Source: Candidatus Zixiibacteriota bacterium
GTDB taxonomy: Bacteria > JAAXHH01
Reading direction: 5' to 3'
Length of the DNA: 62,281 nt
Assembly: GCA_016867335.1 (NCBI GenBank)
Contig: VGJU01000002.1
Location: 1 to 62,281 of the forward strand
Every line of letters begins with the position of its first letter. The first letter of the stretch is position 1. The notes beneath the pieces are model-generated. The model ran no database searches, had not been told where the DNA came from, and saw only the letters and a list, made by a program, of their open reading frames with translations. This document shows, piece after piece, positions 40,484 through 49,347 of the stretch. The translations under genes were made by a program, and so were the position numbers.

Positions 40484-41404
40484 CTACCGGGTTTCGGTAA
40501 ACAGTCGGACAAAACGGGTATAGGTATTTCCGATCATAGTGACGGCGGCTTCGCGGTTGTGTTTTCCGTCCCGAAAACCGGTCAGGGCGTCCCAGAATAC
40601 CGTCCGTCCCACCGCAAAGCCTATCACGCCGGACACAGTCCCCCCTACACACAGCCAGTGGTCCACTTTTTCCGCATTTTCGCCGCGTCCCAGCACGATC
40701 ATGCCCACACGGTCACGTCCGCCGTGCCGTGCCTGCTGGACGATCGCCCGGTACTGCGAGGATTCGTCCAACCCCTCCAACTTCCAGATGTCTGCCTCCA
40801 CACCCGCGTTCTGGAGTTCGGCGATGGCCTGTTCCATAAGCCCGGCGCGCGTCTCCAGATCATAGCGTTTTCGGTCGCCGCCAAGCCGCGCAAGCTGCTC
40901 GTCCGTCGGTGGAACCAGCAGTTCGAACATGTATTTGTGCCCATGTTGGTGGCAATAGTCGCTCAGCCTGGCCAGCCGATCCGCCTGTCTGCGGTTTGTC
41001 TCGCCGTTCGCTTCGACGTTGTAGCGGACCAACACCTTGACAAAATCGGGACGAAATCGGGCGATGTGTTCGCCAAACTGTTCCCCGTATTCGAAATCAA
41101 ATTCGTTCTGCCCGCTTTTTTCCGCACACATAGCCAGCTTGATGCCCTGTTGGACGGCATCCTCGGCACATTCGGCACCAAACTGCTCGTCCACCAATAT
41201 GGCGGCCTTGTCTTTTGGCGCGCCGCCGGCAAGCGCTTCGAGCAGTCCATCGTAGACGATACGCTTGTAGGAGGCAACCAGACGGGTTTCGTCGTCGGTC
41301 GGCTCACGGTCGCGTATCCCGAACATCTGCGCCTGAAACGACCCTCTGTGGTCGAAGGGCATGACAAACAGCGGTTCCGTATATCCTATTGACGCGCGAT
41401 CCAT
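40484..41404 (-). CDS. DUF2090 (IolC C-terminal/aldolase-like) protein
   Basis: LFVMPFDHRGSF, ILVDEQFG, VKVLVRYN, DIWKLEG, VLGRG, GFAVGRTVF. Confidence 0.8.
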   Translation of the reverse strand: MDRASIGYTEPLFVMPFDHRGSFQAQMFGIRDREPTDDETRLVASYKRIVYDGLLEALAGGAPKDKAAILVDEQFGAECAEDAVQQGIKLAMCAEKSGQNEFDFEYGEQFGEHIARFRPDFVKVLVRYNVEANGETNRRQADRLARLSDYCHQHGHKYMFELLVPPTDEQLARLGGDRKRYDLETRAGLMEQAIAELQNAGVEADIWKLEGLDESSQYRAIVQQARHGGRDRVGMIVLGRGENAEKVDHWLCVGGTVSGVIGFAVGRTVFWDALTGFRDGKHNREAAVTMIGNTYTRFVRLFTETR

Positions 41405-41420
41405 ACCGTTCTCCTTTTGT

Positions 41421-42158
41421 TTATCCCTGTTCCCGCATATAGGCGTCCACAACGGTTTCAACCTGTCCGGGGTCGTCTACGATCCACCGGAGGTCCAACA
41501 ACCCGCTGTCATGGACGCTGGCGCGCGTCAGGTCGGTCGTTACGGCGATACACCCCATCCCCGCGTTGAGCGCGGCCTTTACACCCGAAGCGGAATCTTC
41601 GATCACCAGACATGCTTCGTGTGTTACCCCTAGTCGGCGCGCGACGAGGTAATAAATCTCCGGGTTCGGTTTGCCATAGGTCACCTCGTCCCGCGTGGCG
41701 ATCTCGTCAAGATGCGGGGCGATACGCAGAATATCCAGCACCCGCCGCGCCTGTTTGCCGTGCGACATGGTTGCCAGACCGGTCCGGTATCCCTGGCTTT
41801 TCACTCGCTGGAGCAGTCCCGTATTGTGCGGCAGGAGGTGGTCGTACAGCACCTGATGGTCCGAAAGCATCTCTTCATAGATATGCAGACGAAGATGGAC
41901 ATACGCCTCTTCGGGCGTGGCGTCGTCCAATTCTACCATCCGGCTTTTGGCAGACTCCTCCAGTTCGAACCGTTTCATTAGAAACTTGACGACATCCTGC
42001 CGCGAAAGCCCTACCACCTCACCAAAAGCGGCGATCACCTCGGCTTCGGTAAGATCGGCAGGTCGCAACTGCACGGCTGCCCGCGCGTACGATATGGCTT
42101 TCAGAATCTCCGTCTGTACCAGCGTTCCATCCAAATCGAACAGAAAAGTGGTGATCAT
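41421..42158 (-). CDS. HAD-family phosphatase
   Basis: FDLDGTL, GKPNPEIY, IEDSASG. Confidence 0.9.
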   Translation of the reverse strand: MITTFLFDLDGTLVQTEILKAISYARAAVQLRPADLTEAEVIAAFGEVVGLSRQDVVKFLMKRFELEESAKSRMVELDDATPEEAYVHLRLHIYEEMLSDHQVLYDHLLPHNTGLLQRVKSQGYRTGLATMSHGKQARRVLDILRIAPHLDEIATRDEVTYGKPNPEIYYLVARRLGVTHEACLVIEDSASGVKAALNAGMGCIAVTTDLTRASVHDSGLLDLRWIVDDPGQVETVVDAYMREQG

Positions 42159-42288
42159 GACGGCTCCGAAGAAAGGGGAAGTTTGGGAAAATGCAGAAGG
42201 AGATAGGTTGTTTTCACAATGTACATGGAGGACGGTAAGTTTCAAGCAAATTACTCATGAAGTATTGCGAAAGGGTGTGGCCTTCCTG

Positions 42289-42317
42289 TTGCCACCGGCA
42301 CGCCGCACTCGTATATT
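42289..42317 (+). promoter_or_regulatory. Putative sigma-70 promoter
   Basis: TTGCCA-17 nt-TATATT. Confidence 0.5.
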
Positions 42318-42372
42318 GTGACCGGTCGCAGAATTCGTATCCCTTGCGAGGTATGGCAATTCGCTATGAGGT

Positions 42373-42645
42373 GCCGACTACATCGTTCTCACCCAGCGCC
42401 CCAACTACCAGGCCGAGGTCGGCAGGCGCAACGAGGTCGAGCGGGCGGGTTATATTCAGGCGAACAAGCTTCGGTTTCTCCGGCCCTATCAACTCAGTGC
42501 CATCCAGTGTCTTCAGGCGGCAGTCAGAGACGACAAGGCCCGCTTTCTGTTCGAGATGGCGACCGGAACGGGCAAGACACTCACTGCCGCAGCCGTCGTC
42601 AAGCTGTTCCTGCGCTCCGGCAACGTGTCGCGTGTCCTGTTCCTG
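42373..42645 (+). pseudogene. Fragment of a type I restriction (HsdR-like) DEAD helicase
   Basis: Own translation: NKLRFLRPYQLSAI...RFLFEMATGTGKTLTAAAVVKLFLRSGNVSRVLFL (Q motif, Walker A). No start codon; truncated. Confidence 0.8.
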
Positions 42646-42668
42646 GCGGCCGTTCTGGCGTGGCTTTT

Positions 42669-42863
42669 GCCGACCTGCCGGATCGATATGGGCGTGGCTT
42701 CGGTGTGGTCAACCTCAGCCAGATGAAGGTGTTCTACCTGGCCTGGCCAATTCTGCAGACACCGTCTGCGGAATTCCTCCTCACCGGTCTCGCCGCGGGG
42801 TTCCCATTTCCCTGGTCGGCCTATGTGCGCCTGCTGGAGGTGAAGGATGCACACGCACGAGCC
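42669..42863 (+). pseudogene. Fragment of a YhcG/DUF1016 N-terminal domain
   Basis: DLPDRYGRGFGVVNLSQMKVFYLAWPILQTPSAE...FPWSAYVRLLEVKD..AR. Confidence 0.75.
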
Positions 42864-43001
42864 TTGGATCTGCAGAAGGAGATCGTGGCGGAGATCAAGG
42901 GCTACGAAGAAGAGATCAGGAATTACGAATTGCAAATTAAGAATTGCCGAGACAAAATTGCTAAGGCGGTAAACAAGGTATGGGAAATCGGTGAAGAGTG
43001 A
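42864..43001 (+). pseudogene. C-terminal coiled-coil fragment of a type I R-M specificity (or M-S) subunit
   Basis: LDLQKEIVAEIKGY...DKIAKAVNKVW resembles the HsdS conserved helix. Confidence 0.55.
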
Positions 43002-43375
43002 AAACGTCATCCAGACAAAAAGCTATGCCTTTGCGGTACGGATCGTGAAGCTCTATCCGCACTTGGCAGTGGAAAAGAAAGAATATGTTTTGTCCAGACA
43101 GGTTCTGAAGAGTGGAACCAGCATCGGAGCCAATGTTGAAGAAGCCATCGGGGGACAATCCCGGTCCGACTTCCTTTCCAAGTTATCTATCGCCTACAAG
43201 GATGCACGGGAAACCTCCTATTGGCTCCGCCTGCTCAGGGACACGGACTACCTTACCTCCTCCCAGTTTGAGAGTATTCATACAGAGGCCGAAGAACTTT
43301 GCCGCATTATCTCAGCCATCCAAAAATCCACCAAGAGGAAGCAAATGGATCATTCGTAATTTCAAATTCGTAATT
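42921..43375. repeat. 24-bp imperfect inverted repeats built of AATTxxx heptamers, flanking the four-helix-bundle gene
   Basis: 42921-42944 is AATTACGAATTGCAAATTAAGAAT. The reverse complement of 43352-43375 is AATTACGAATTTGAAATTACGAAT (21/24 identical). Confidence 0.85.
42991..43359 (+). CDS. Four-helix-bundle protein (23S rRNA IVS protein / Avd-like family)
   Basis: KSYAFAVRIV, LSRQVLKSGTSIGANVEEA, DFLSKLSIAYK.ARETSYWLRLL. Confidence 0.9.
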   Translation: MKSENVIQTKSYAFAVRIVKLYPHLAVEKKEYVLSRQVLKSGTSIGANVEEAIGGQSRSDFLSKLSIAYKDARETSYWLRLLRDTDYLTSSQFESIHTEAEELCRIISAIQKSTKRKQMDHS

Positions 43376-43463
43376 GTCTTGTGCTGCTCAACGCCAACCG
43401 CGAACTGATCGTCCGCGTTTACTTCTTTCAAAACTTCCCCTTCACACTTTTCAGGGACTTTTA

Positions 43464-44823
43464 ATGAACCTTTTCAACGTCAGAGACTACGGCGCTTCCG
43501 GGGAGCCGTCACAGGACGCCGGTCCGGCGATACAGGCGGCGATCGATGCCTGCGCCGCATCGGGCGGAGGGATGGTCTATTTCCCACCCGGGCGGATACA
43601 CCACCGGCACGCTCTATCTGCGTAGCCACGTCCGTCTTTTTGTCGAATCCGGTGCGACGGTCTATTCGTCCAGAAACGCGGTACATTATCCGAAAACGGC
43701 GCTGTTCTACGGAGAAGACGTAGAACACATCACCCTCGAAGGCCGAGGTGTGATCAACGGACGAGGAGAGTACGAATGGCGGTTGACCGACCATGACGAC
43801 CGGTATATCCTTCCCAATCAGCGGCGGATGGAAGCGCTCGGCAAACACCTTATGCGCGCTTTTCCCAAACCCGACTTTATCGGCAATCTGGTCCTTTTGC
43901 TCCGCTGTCGGGACGTGCTGATTCAGGACCTTTCGTTTATCGACTCGCCTTCGTGGACCATGCATCTGTGCGCCTGCGAACGGGTGATCATCGACCGGGT
44001 CTATGTCCGCACAAGCAAAAAGTCCGGTGTTTGGGCCGACGGTATCGACCCAAACGGCTGCCGCGATGTGCGCATCTCCAACAGCACCATCGACACGGGT
44101 GACGACGCCATCGTGTTTTACTCCAACAGCGTCTACGGTCCGGCGCTGCCGTGCGAGAACATCACCGTCAGCAACTGTCGTCTTTCTTCGGCTTCGAGCG
44201 CGCTCAAGTTCTGCGACGGCAACGAAAATTGTGTGCGAAACGTGACGATAGACAACTGTGTCATTTCCGAATCCAACCGGGGTATCGCCTTTATGGTATT
44301 CGACGGCGGATACGTAAGCGACGTGGTCATTTCCAACCTCACCATCGACTGTCGGCGTTATGACTGGTTCTGGTGGGGCGAAGGCGATCCGCTTCATTTT
44401 CGCGTCATCCAGCGGAGCGAAATCCACCCGGAGATCAAACGTCCCGACGAACCACCGGTGGGCAGTATCCGCAATGTGCTGATCAAGAACGTGCTGGCGC
44501 GGGGCAAAGGTCCCAGCACGATACAAGGTCATGCGACCAGCCTGCTTGACGGCGTGACCTTTGAAGATGTCAGACTCATTTTGTCCACCGATCCGGACGC
44601 GCCATACGACAATGCTTCGCACGGGATGATCGTCGAACATGCGCGAAATCTTAGGCTGGACCATGTGGAGGTGGTCTGGGAAAATCCGTTGTCGGAGAAA
44701 TGGCAGATCGCGCTGTCGCTGGAGGATATACAGGGTCTCGAACTGTCCGGATTCAGAGGGCGAGGCGCGCATCCCGGTCATCCTGCGATCCGGATGCACC
44801 GAGTGGAAAAGGGCGAAGGATGA
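43464..44823 (+). pseudogene. Glycoside hydrolase family 28-like beta-helix protein with a frameshift near the 5' end
   Basis: MNLFNVRDYGA..AIQAAIDAC..GGMVYFPPG continues as YTTGTLYL in another frame (one extra base within 43587-43596). Motifs ADGIDP and IDTGDDAI. Confidence 0.75.
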
Positions 44824-46163
44824 AAAAAGCGCGCCGCCCTACGCTCCGAGATTCTTACTGGCTTGACCGGCCTTACACGCCCGCCGCCCCCCTCGAAGGA
44901 GAGGTGGACGTGGATGTCGCCGTGAGCGGCGGCGGTATCACCGGCGTGACGGCGGCGCTGTTTTTGGCGGAGGCTGGCGCGCGCGTGGCGGTGTTCGAGC
45001 GCCGCGAAGTCGCTACAGGCGCATCAGGACGCAACGGCGGGTTTTTGCTGGCCGGCACGCACGAATACTATGTCGAAGCGGTCGAAGAGCTTACCGATCG
45101 GTATGGTTCGGAAGGCCGGAGATACACGGCGGCGGCGTGGCATTTAGCGCTTGAAAACCATCGACTGATGACCGAGATCATGACGCGCTACGACATCGAC
45201 TGCGACTATCGCAGGAGCGGGAGTTATATCGTCGCCATGAGCCGTCCGGACCGAGGTTCGCACCCGCGACCCGTGGACCGCATCGCCGAATCCTATCATC
45301 TGATGCGAGAAGACGGTTTCGACGTAGCGGTGTTGAACAGGGAAGCCATCCGCGATCTGCTCAAAAGCCCGATTGTCGAGGGGGCGCTACGCAATGGGTT
45401 CGATGGGGAAATCCATCCGGTAAAATACGTGCGTGGCGTGGCGGAGGCGGCCAAAAAACAGGGGGCGTTTGTTTTCGAGCATACTCCCATCCTGTCGATC
45501 ACGCGGGACGGTCTCCAGTTTCTGCTGCGCACTGCTGCCGGACAGGTCCGTGCGGACCGCGTTCTGCTCGGTATGAACGCCTATACCCCGCAGTTGGACG
45601 AAAGCTATGAAAAACGCATCGTCCCTAATCGGGGCCAAGTATTTACCACCGAGCCGATTTCGGAGCGGTTGTTTGACGGCGTCTTCTATGCCAACGACGG
45701 ATGGGAATACTGGCGACAGTTGCACGACGGGCCAAACGGCGGAGGTCGTCTCCTGTTTGGGGGGTCGCGTAACCACCATATACCCGCCGAACGCGGGTAT
45801 CATTTTATGAGACGAAACGGGCGGCTGATCAAAACGTACAGAGGATACCGGGAACGCCCGACCCAAGCGGTGCAGACTTCGAACGACCGGGCGTTCGACC
45901 GGACTTTTCCCGGTCTGGCAACTCTCGAACGGACGCACCGTTGGGGTGGGGTGATGGGGTTTTCTTACGACAGCAGTCCGTTTGTCGGGGAAACCGATAC
46001 ACCCGGCATCTACGTCATCGCCGGTTTTACCGGGCGGGGCAACGCCTATGCGACGGCCGCAGCGCGGCTGATGACGGATCGGCTTGTCGGGCGTGACGGC
46101 GAAATGGAAGAGCGGTTTACGAGGGTGCGGTCCGTGTTCGATGCACGGCGGGGAGAACGATAA
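44820..46163 (+). CDS. FAD-dependent oxidoreductase (DAO/PuuB-like)
   Basis: DVAVSGGGITG, GASGRNGG, WGGVMGFSYD, AGFTGRGN. ATGA overlap with the upstream gene. Confidence 0.88.
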   Translation: MKKARRPTLRDSYWLDRPYTPAAPLEGEVDVDVAVSGGGITGVTAALFLAEAGARVAVFERREVATGASGRNGGFLLAGTHEYYVEAVEELTDRYGSEGRRYTAAAWHLALENHRLMTEIMTRYDIDCDYRRSGSYIVAMSRPDRGSHPRPVDRIAESYHLMREDGFDVAVLNREAIRDLLKSPIVEGALRNGFDGEIHPVKYVRGVAEAAKKQGAFVFEHTPILSITRDGLQFLLRTAAGQVRADRVLLGMNAYTPQLDESYEKRIVPNRGQVFTTEPISERLFDGVFYANDGWEYWRQLHDGPNGGGRLLFGGSRNHHIPAERGYHFMRRNGRLIKTYRGYRERPTQAVQTSNDRAFDRTFPGLATLERTHRWGGVMGFSYDSSPFVGETDTPGIYVIAGFTGRGNAYATAAARLMTDRLVGRDGEMEERFTRVRSVFDARRGER

Positions 46164-46178
46164 AAAGCCGCAACCGGT

Positions 46179-46832
46179 TTAGCGTGCGGCGCGATGCCGA
46201 TCGATCCAGTAGCCCCAGAAAATCAGGAGCCATATCGCCAGCCCCGCGCCCGCAATGACGACAGGGTCGTCCGGTGGAGGTGGTCCGAGGATATTGGCCG
46301 CGTAGATGCCCGCCAAAAAGACCATCAGCCCCCAAAAGGAATACCGCCCGGTACGGTCCACCGGACGGGTCGCCCGTAGATAAATGGCGATGCCGATCAC
46401 AAACAGCGCGCCTTCTGTCACCAAGGTGGCCGGAAGCGAATTCCACAGCCCCAGCCCGACAAGCGTTTTGCTACCCGGATACAACGGCAGGTCGGGGCGG
46501 TGGGTAATGGCGTCCAGCGCCCAATGGCTCAGCACCACCGCACCGGTCCATACTGATCCTCTGCCGTAAGGCCGGAACTTTCTATACAGGATGACAAATA
46601 CAAGGCTCCAGACAACCGCCATAAGGAGGCTGTGGGAAAACGGATAGTCGATAAAATCGAACGGCGCGACACCGCTTCGTTCCGGTATGACGCGAACCTG
46701 CTCCCACCCGGCCAACAGAAAAACGGGCCAGAGCAAGTCCAGCCACTGGGCCGCCATAAAGAGCGTGCCGAGCGAGGGTTTCGGAGCCGCTTTTTTGGCG
46801 CAGAGCGCCACAGCAAAATGTCCTATGAACAA
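46179..46832 (-). CDS. Membrane-bound metal-dependent hydrolase-like protein
   Basis: (M)FIGHFA, LDLLWP, PFSHSL, SHWALDAITHRPDLPL. A TTG start is inferred. Confidence 0.75.
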   Translation of the reverse strand: MFIGHFAVALCAKKAAPKPSLGTLFMAAQWLDLLWPVFLLAGWEQVRVIPERSGVAPFDFIDYPFSHSLLMAVVWSLVFVILYRKFRPYGRGSVWTGAVVLSHWALDAITHRPDLPLYPGSKTLVGLGLWNSLPATLVTEGALFVIGIAIYLRATRPVDRTGRYSFWGLMVFLAGIYAANILGPPPPDDPVVIAGAGLAIWLLIFWGYWIDRHRAAR

Positions 46833-47000
46833 AATCGTCTCCGAGCGCGAAACAACACCGATACAGGAGCAAACGGGTATTCCCGAAACAGAGCGAGTCG
46901 GATAGCGCAAACCAATATATCCGTTTTGTGATTTTGTACAACAACAATCTCCCACAAGTCGATGTTGTCCGTTTTGTATCTGCAACGACCATAGAAAGGA

Positions 47001-48179
47001 ATGGGCATGTCTTTATCGCTGTTGCCGAGTCTTTCCTTTTCCACAGACGAGTATCGCGCCCGCGTCGCCGCCGTACAGCACCGTATCGCGGAGGCTGGGC
47101 TCGATGCCCTGCTGTGTCATTCGTTTCCCAATATCTGTTATCTCACCGGTTTCGAAACCGTCGGTGCGCACAAATACTTTATGCTGGTGATCCGCCCCGA
47201 AGGCGAGCCGTCGCTGTTGACACAGGATTTCGAGGCGCATAACGGACGCATCAGTTCATGGTTGACCGACACCATTGTTCCACATTCGCTGTGGGACGAT
47301 CCTATCGATGCTTCGCGTGATCTGCTTTGTTTGCTAAAGCTGGAACACGGGCGTCTTGGTGTCGAGATGGACGCAACCACCCTGACGCCCGACCGTTACC
47401 GCCGTCTCTGCGCGGCGCTGCCCGATGCCACGCTGATCGACGCTTCCGGAACCGTCGAAGACGTGCGGCTGATCAAGTCGCCGACAGAACTTGGCTATAT
47501 TCGTCGGGCGGCGTATTTGAGCAGCACCGGCATGGCGGCAGCGATCGACGCGGTCGTCGAAGGGGGAACGGACAACGACGTGGCGCGGGCCAGTTACGAC
47601 GTCATGATCGGCGGCGGAAGCGAATACATGTGTTATGCGCCCATCGTGACCGTCGGGCCGCGCTCCGGCATCCCGCATTCCACGCACCGACGCATCACGC
47701 TCCGTCACGGCGATCCGGTATTTATCGAGGTCGGTGCCTGTATCGCCCGCTATAGCGCGCCGATGATGCGGACAGCAGTCATAGGACCCCCGTCCGATCA
47801 AGTACGGCGGATGGCGGACGCCTGTATCGCCAGCGTCGAGACGATGATCCAACAAATCCGGCCCGGTATCGCGGCACGCGAGGTAGCGCTCGAATCTCGA
47901 CGCTGTGTGGCCGATGTCGTGGCCAAAGGACTGATATGGCACGGGTATTACGGCTATACCATCGGGTTGGGGTTCCCCCCCGAATGGAGCGACGGGCCGG
48001 GGGCCATCGCTGAAAACAGCGATCTCGTGCTTCGCCCCGGCATGGTTTTTCATTGCAGTACATCGCTCCGTCAAGCGGGTGTATGTGGGGTCGCCTTTAG
48101 CGAGACGATCGCCGTGACCGAAACCGGGTGCGAAGTGATGACGCAAGGGACGAGGGAATTGGTGGTAAAGGACACATAG
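47001..48179 (+). CDS. M24 family Xaa-Pro peptidase / creatinase-like hydrolase
   Basis: NICYLTGF, RLIKSPTE, IPHS, GYTIGLGFPP.W, SETIAVTETGCE. Metal ligands appear altered, as in creatinase or DoeA-type members. Confidence 0.82.
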   Translation: MGMSLSLLPSLSFSTDEYRARVAAVQHRIAEAGLDALLCHSFPNICYLTGFETVGAHKYFMLVIRPEGEPSLLTQDFEAHNGRISSWLTDTIVPHSLWDDPIDASRDLLCLLKLEHGRLGVEMDATTLTPDRYRRLCAALPDATLIDASGTVEDVRLIKSPTELGYIRRAAYLSSTGMAAAIDAVVEGGTDNDVARASYDVMIGGGSEYMCYAPIVTVGPRSGIPHSTHRRITLRHGDPVFIEVGACIARYSAPMMRTAVIGPPSDQVRRMADACIASVETMIQQIRPGIAAREVALESRRCVADVVAKGLIWHGYYGYTIGLGFPPEWSDGPGAIAENSDLVLRPGMVFHCSTSLRQAGVCGVAFSETIAVTETGCEVMTQGTRELVVKDT

Positions 48180-48197
48180 ACACGTAAGGGCGGATGA

Positions 48198-49331
48198 ATG
48201 CGCCCTGTTATCAAGGAGAAAGAAGAAATGAAATACGAAATCATCGCCGAAGGATTTGTCACACGGCGTTCGGAGAGCGGACCAACCTCGGTGGCGGCTT
48301 GTTCGCGGTGCGCGATAACGGAGGACGGCGAAATCGTATGTACGTACGCCGTGCAGGAGACGCTGGGGCAAAACGATTTCAAACAGATGCTTTCGCGGTC
48401 GCGCGACGGCGGAATTACGTGGGAAGAACAAGGGTTTCTCTGGTCGCATCTACACGACCGGTATTCGCTGATTGGCTCGATAAGCCGCGCGCTGGACGGC
48501 GAGCTGTTTCTCTACGGCATCCGCATCCCCATCGATATCCCCGGTGAATCGTTCTGGTCGGAGGCCACTCAGGGGATGAAACAGAACACGTTGTTTATCG
48601 CCTCATCACGCGACGGCGGGCGCGTCTGGACCGATCCGCATCCTGTGGTGCTGCCCGCGCCAGGTTCCGCCGAAGCCCCCGGTCCGCTGACGATCACGCG
48701 CTCCGGCGCATGGATATGCTGTTACGCCCCGTACAACACTTTTGATCCACAGGTGGTCGTAGACAAAAACCGAGTCGTATATATGCGGAGCGAAGACAGG
48801 GGCAAAACATGGACATCCGGCGCGGCGCTCCGGTTTCCGGAAACGGACTCGAACGCCGCCGAAGCGTGGGTGATCGAATTGGCCGACAAACGGCTGGTAT
48901 CTACATGCTGGCATATCAGCAACCGCGAAGGCGTGGACTATCCAAATGCCTATGCCGTGTCGCACGATGACGGAAAAACGTGGAGTGCGACGGGGTCGAC
49001 AGACACGTTGGGCCAGTCCACCGGGCTTGCCACGCTCCCCGACGGACGCGTGTTGTTTGTGTACAACCAGCGTAGACACGGGAAACCGGGTGTCCGCATG
49101 GCGGTGGCCGATCCGGACGAGCGAGGGTTCCACACCGTATTCGACGATCTGATTTGGCGCGCCGCATCCCGAACACAGGGCAACACATCCGGAGAACATA
49201 CCGAGTGGACCGATTTCTCGTTTGGCGAGCCGTCCGTCCTTCCATTGCCCGACGGAACGCTGTTGGCGACGCTGTGGGTCGTTCAGCCCGAAGGACGGGG
49301 GATTCGGTATGTAAAGCTAAAAATTTCGTAA
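48198..49331 (+). CDS. BNR/Asp-box (sialidase-like) protein
   Basis: Four Asp-boxes: SRDGGITW, SRDGGRVW, SEDRGKTW, SHDDGKTW. Confidence 0.85.
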   Translation: MRPVIKEKEEMKYEIIAEGFVTRRSESGPTSVAACSRCAITEDGEIVCTYAVQETLGQNDFKQMLSRSRDGGITWEEQGFLWSHLHDRYSLIGSISRALDGELFLYGIRIPIDIPGESFWSEATQGMKQNTLFIASSRDGGRVWTDPHPVVLPAPGSAEAPGPLTITRSGAWICCYAPYNTFDPQVVVDKNRVVYMRSEDRGKTWTSGAALRFPETDSNAAEAWVIELADKRLVSTCWHISNREGVDYPNAYAVSHDDGKTWSATGSTDTLGQSTGLATLPDGRVLFVYNQRRHGKPGVRMAVADPDERGFHTVFDDLIWRAASRTQGNTSGEHTEWTDFSFGEPSVLPLPDGTLLATLWVVQPEGRGIRYVKLKIS

Positions 49332-49347
49332 CATCGTCTCATCCTTC

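Noticed and set aside
42318-43001. 227-aa ORF as a real protein
   Set aside because: Its first half is an off-frame reading of the HsdR fragment and the remainder joins two unrelated fragments.
42991-43359. Diversity-generating retroelement (Avd-like gene)
   Set aside because: No reverse transcriptase and no TR/VR pair differing at adenines was seen in the window.
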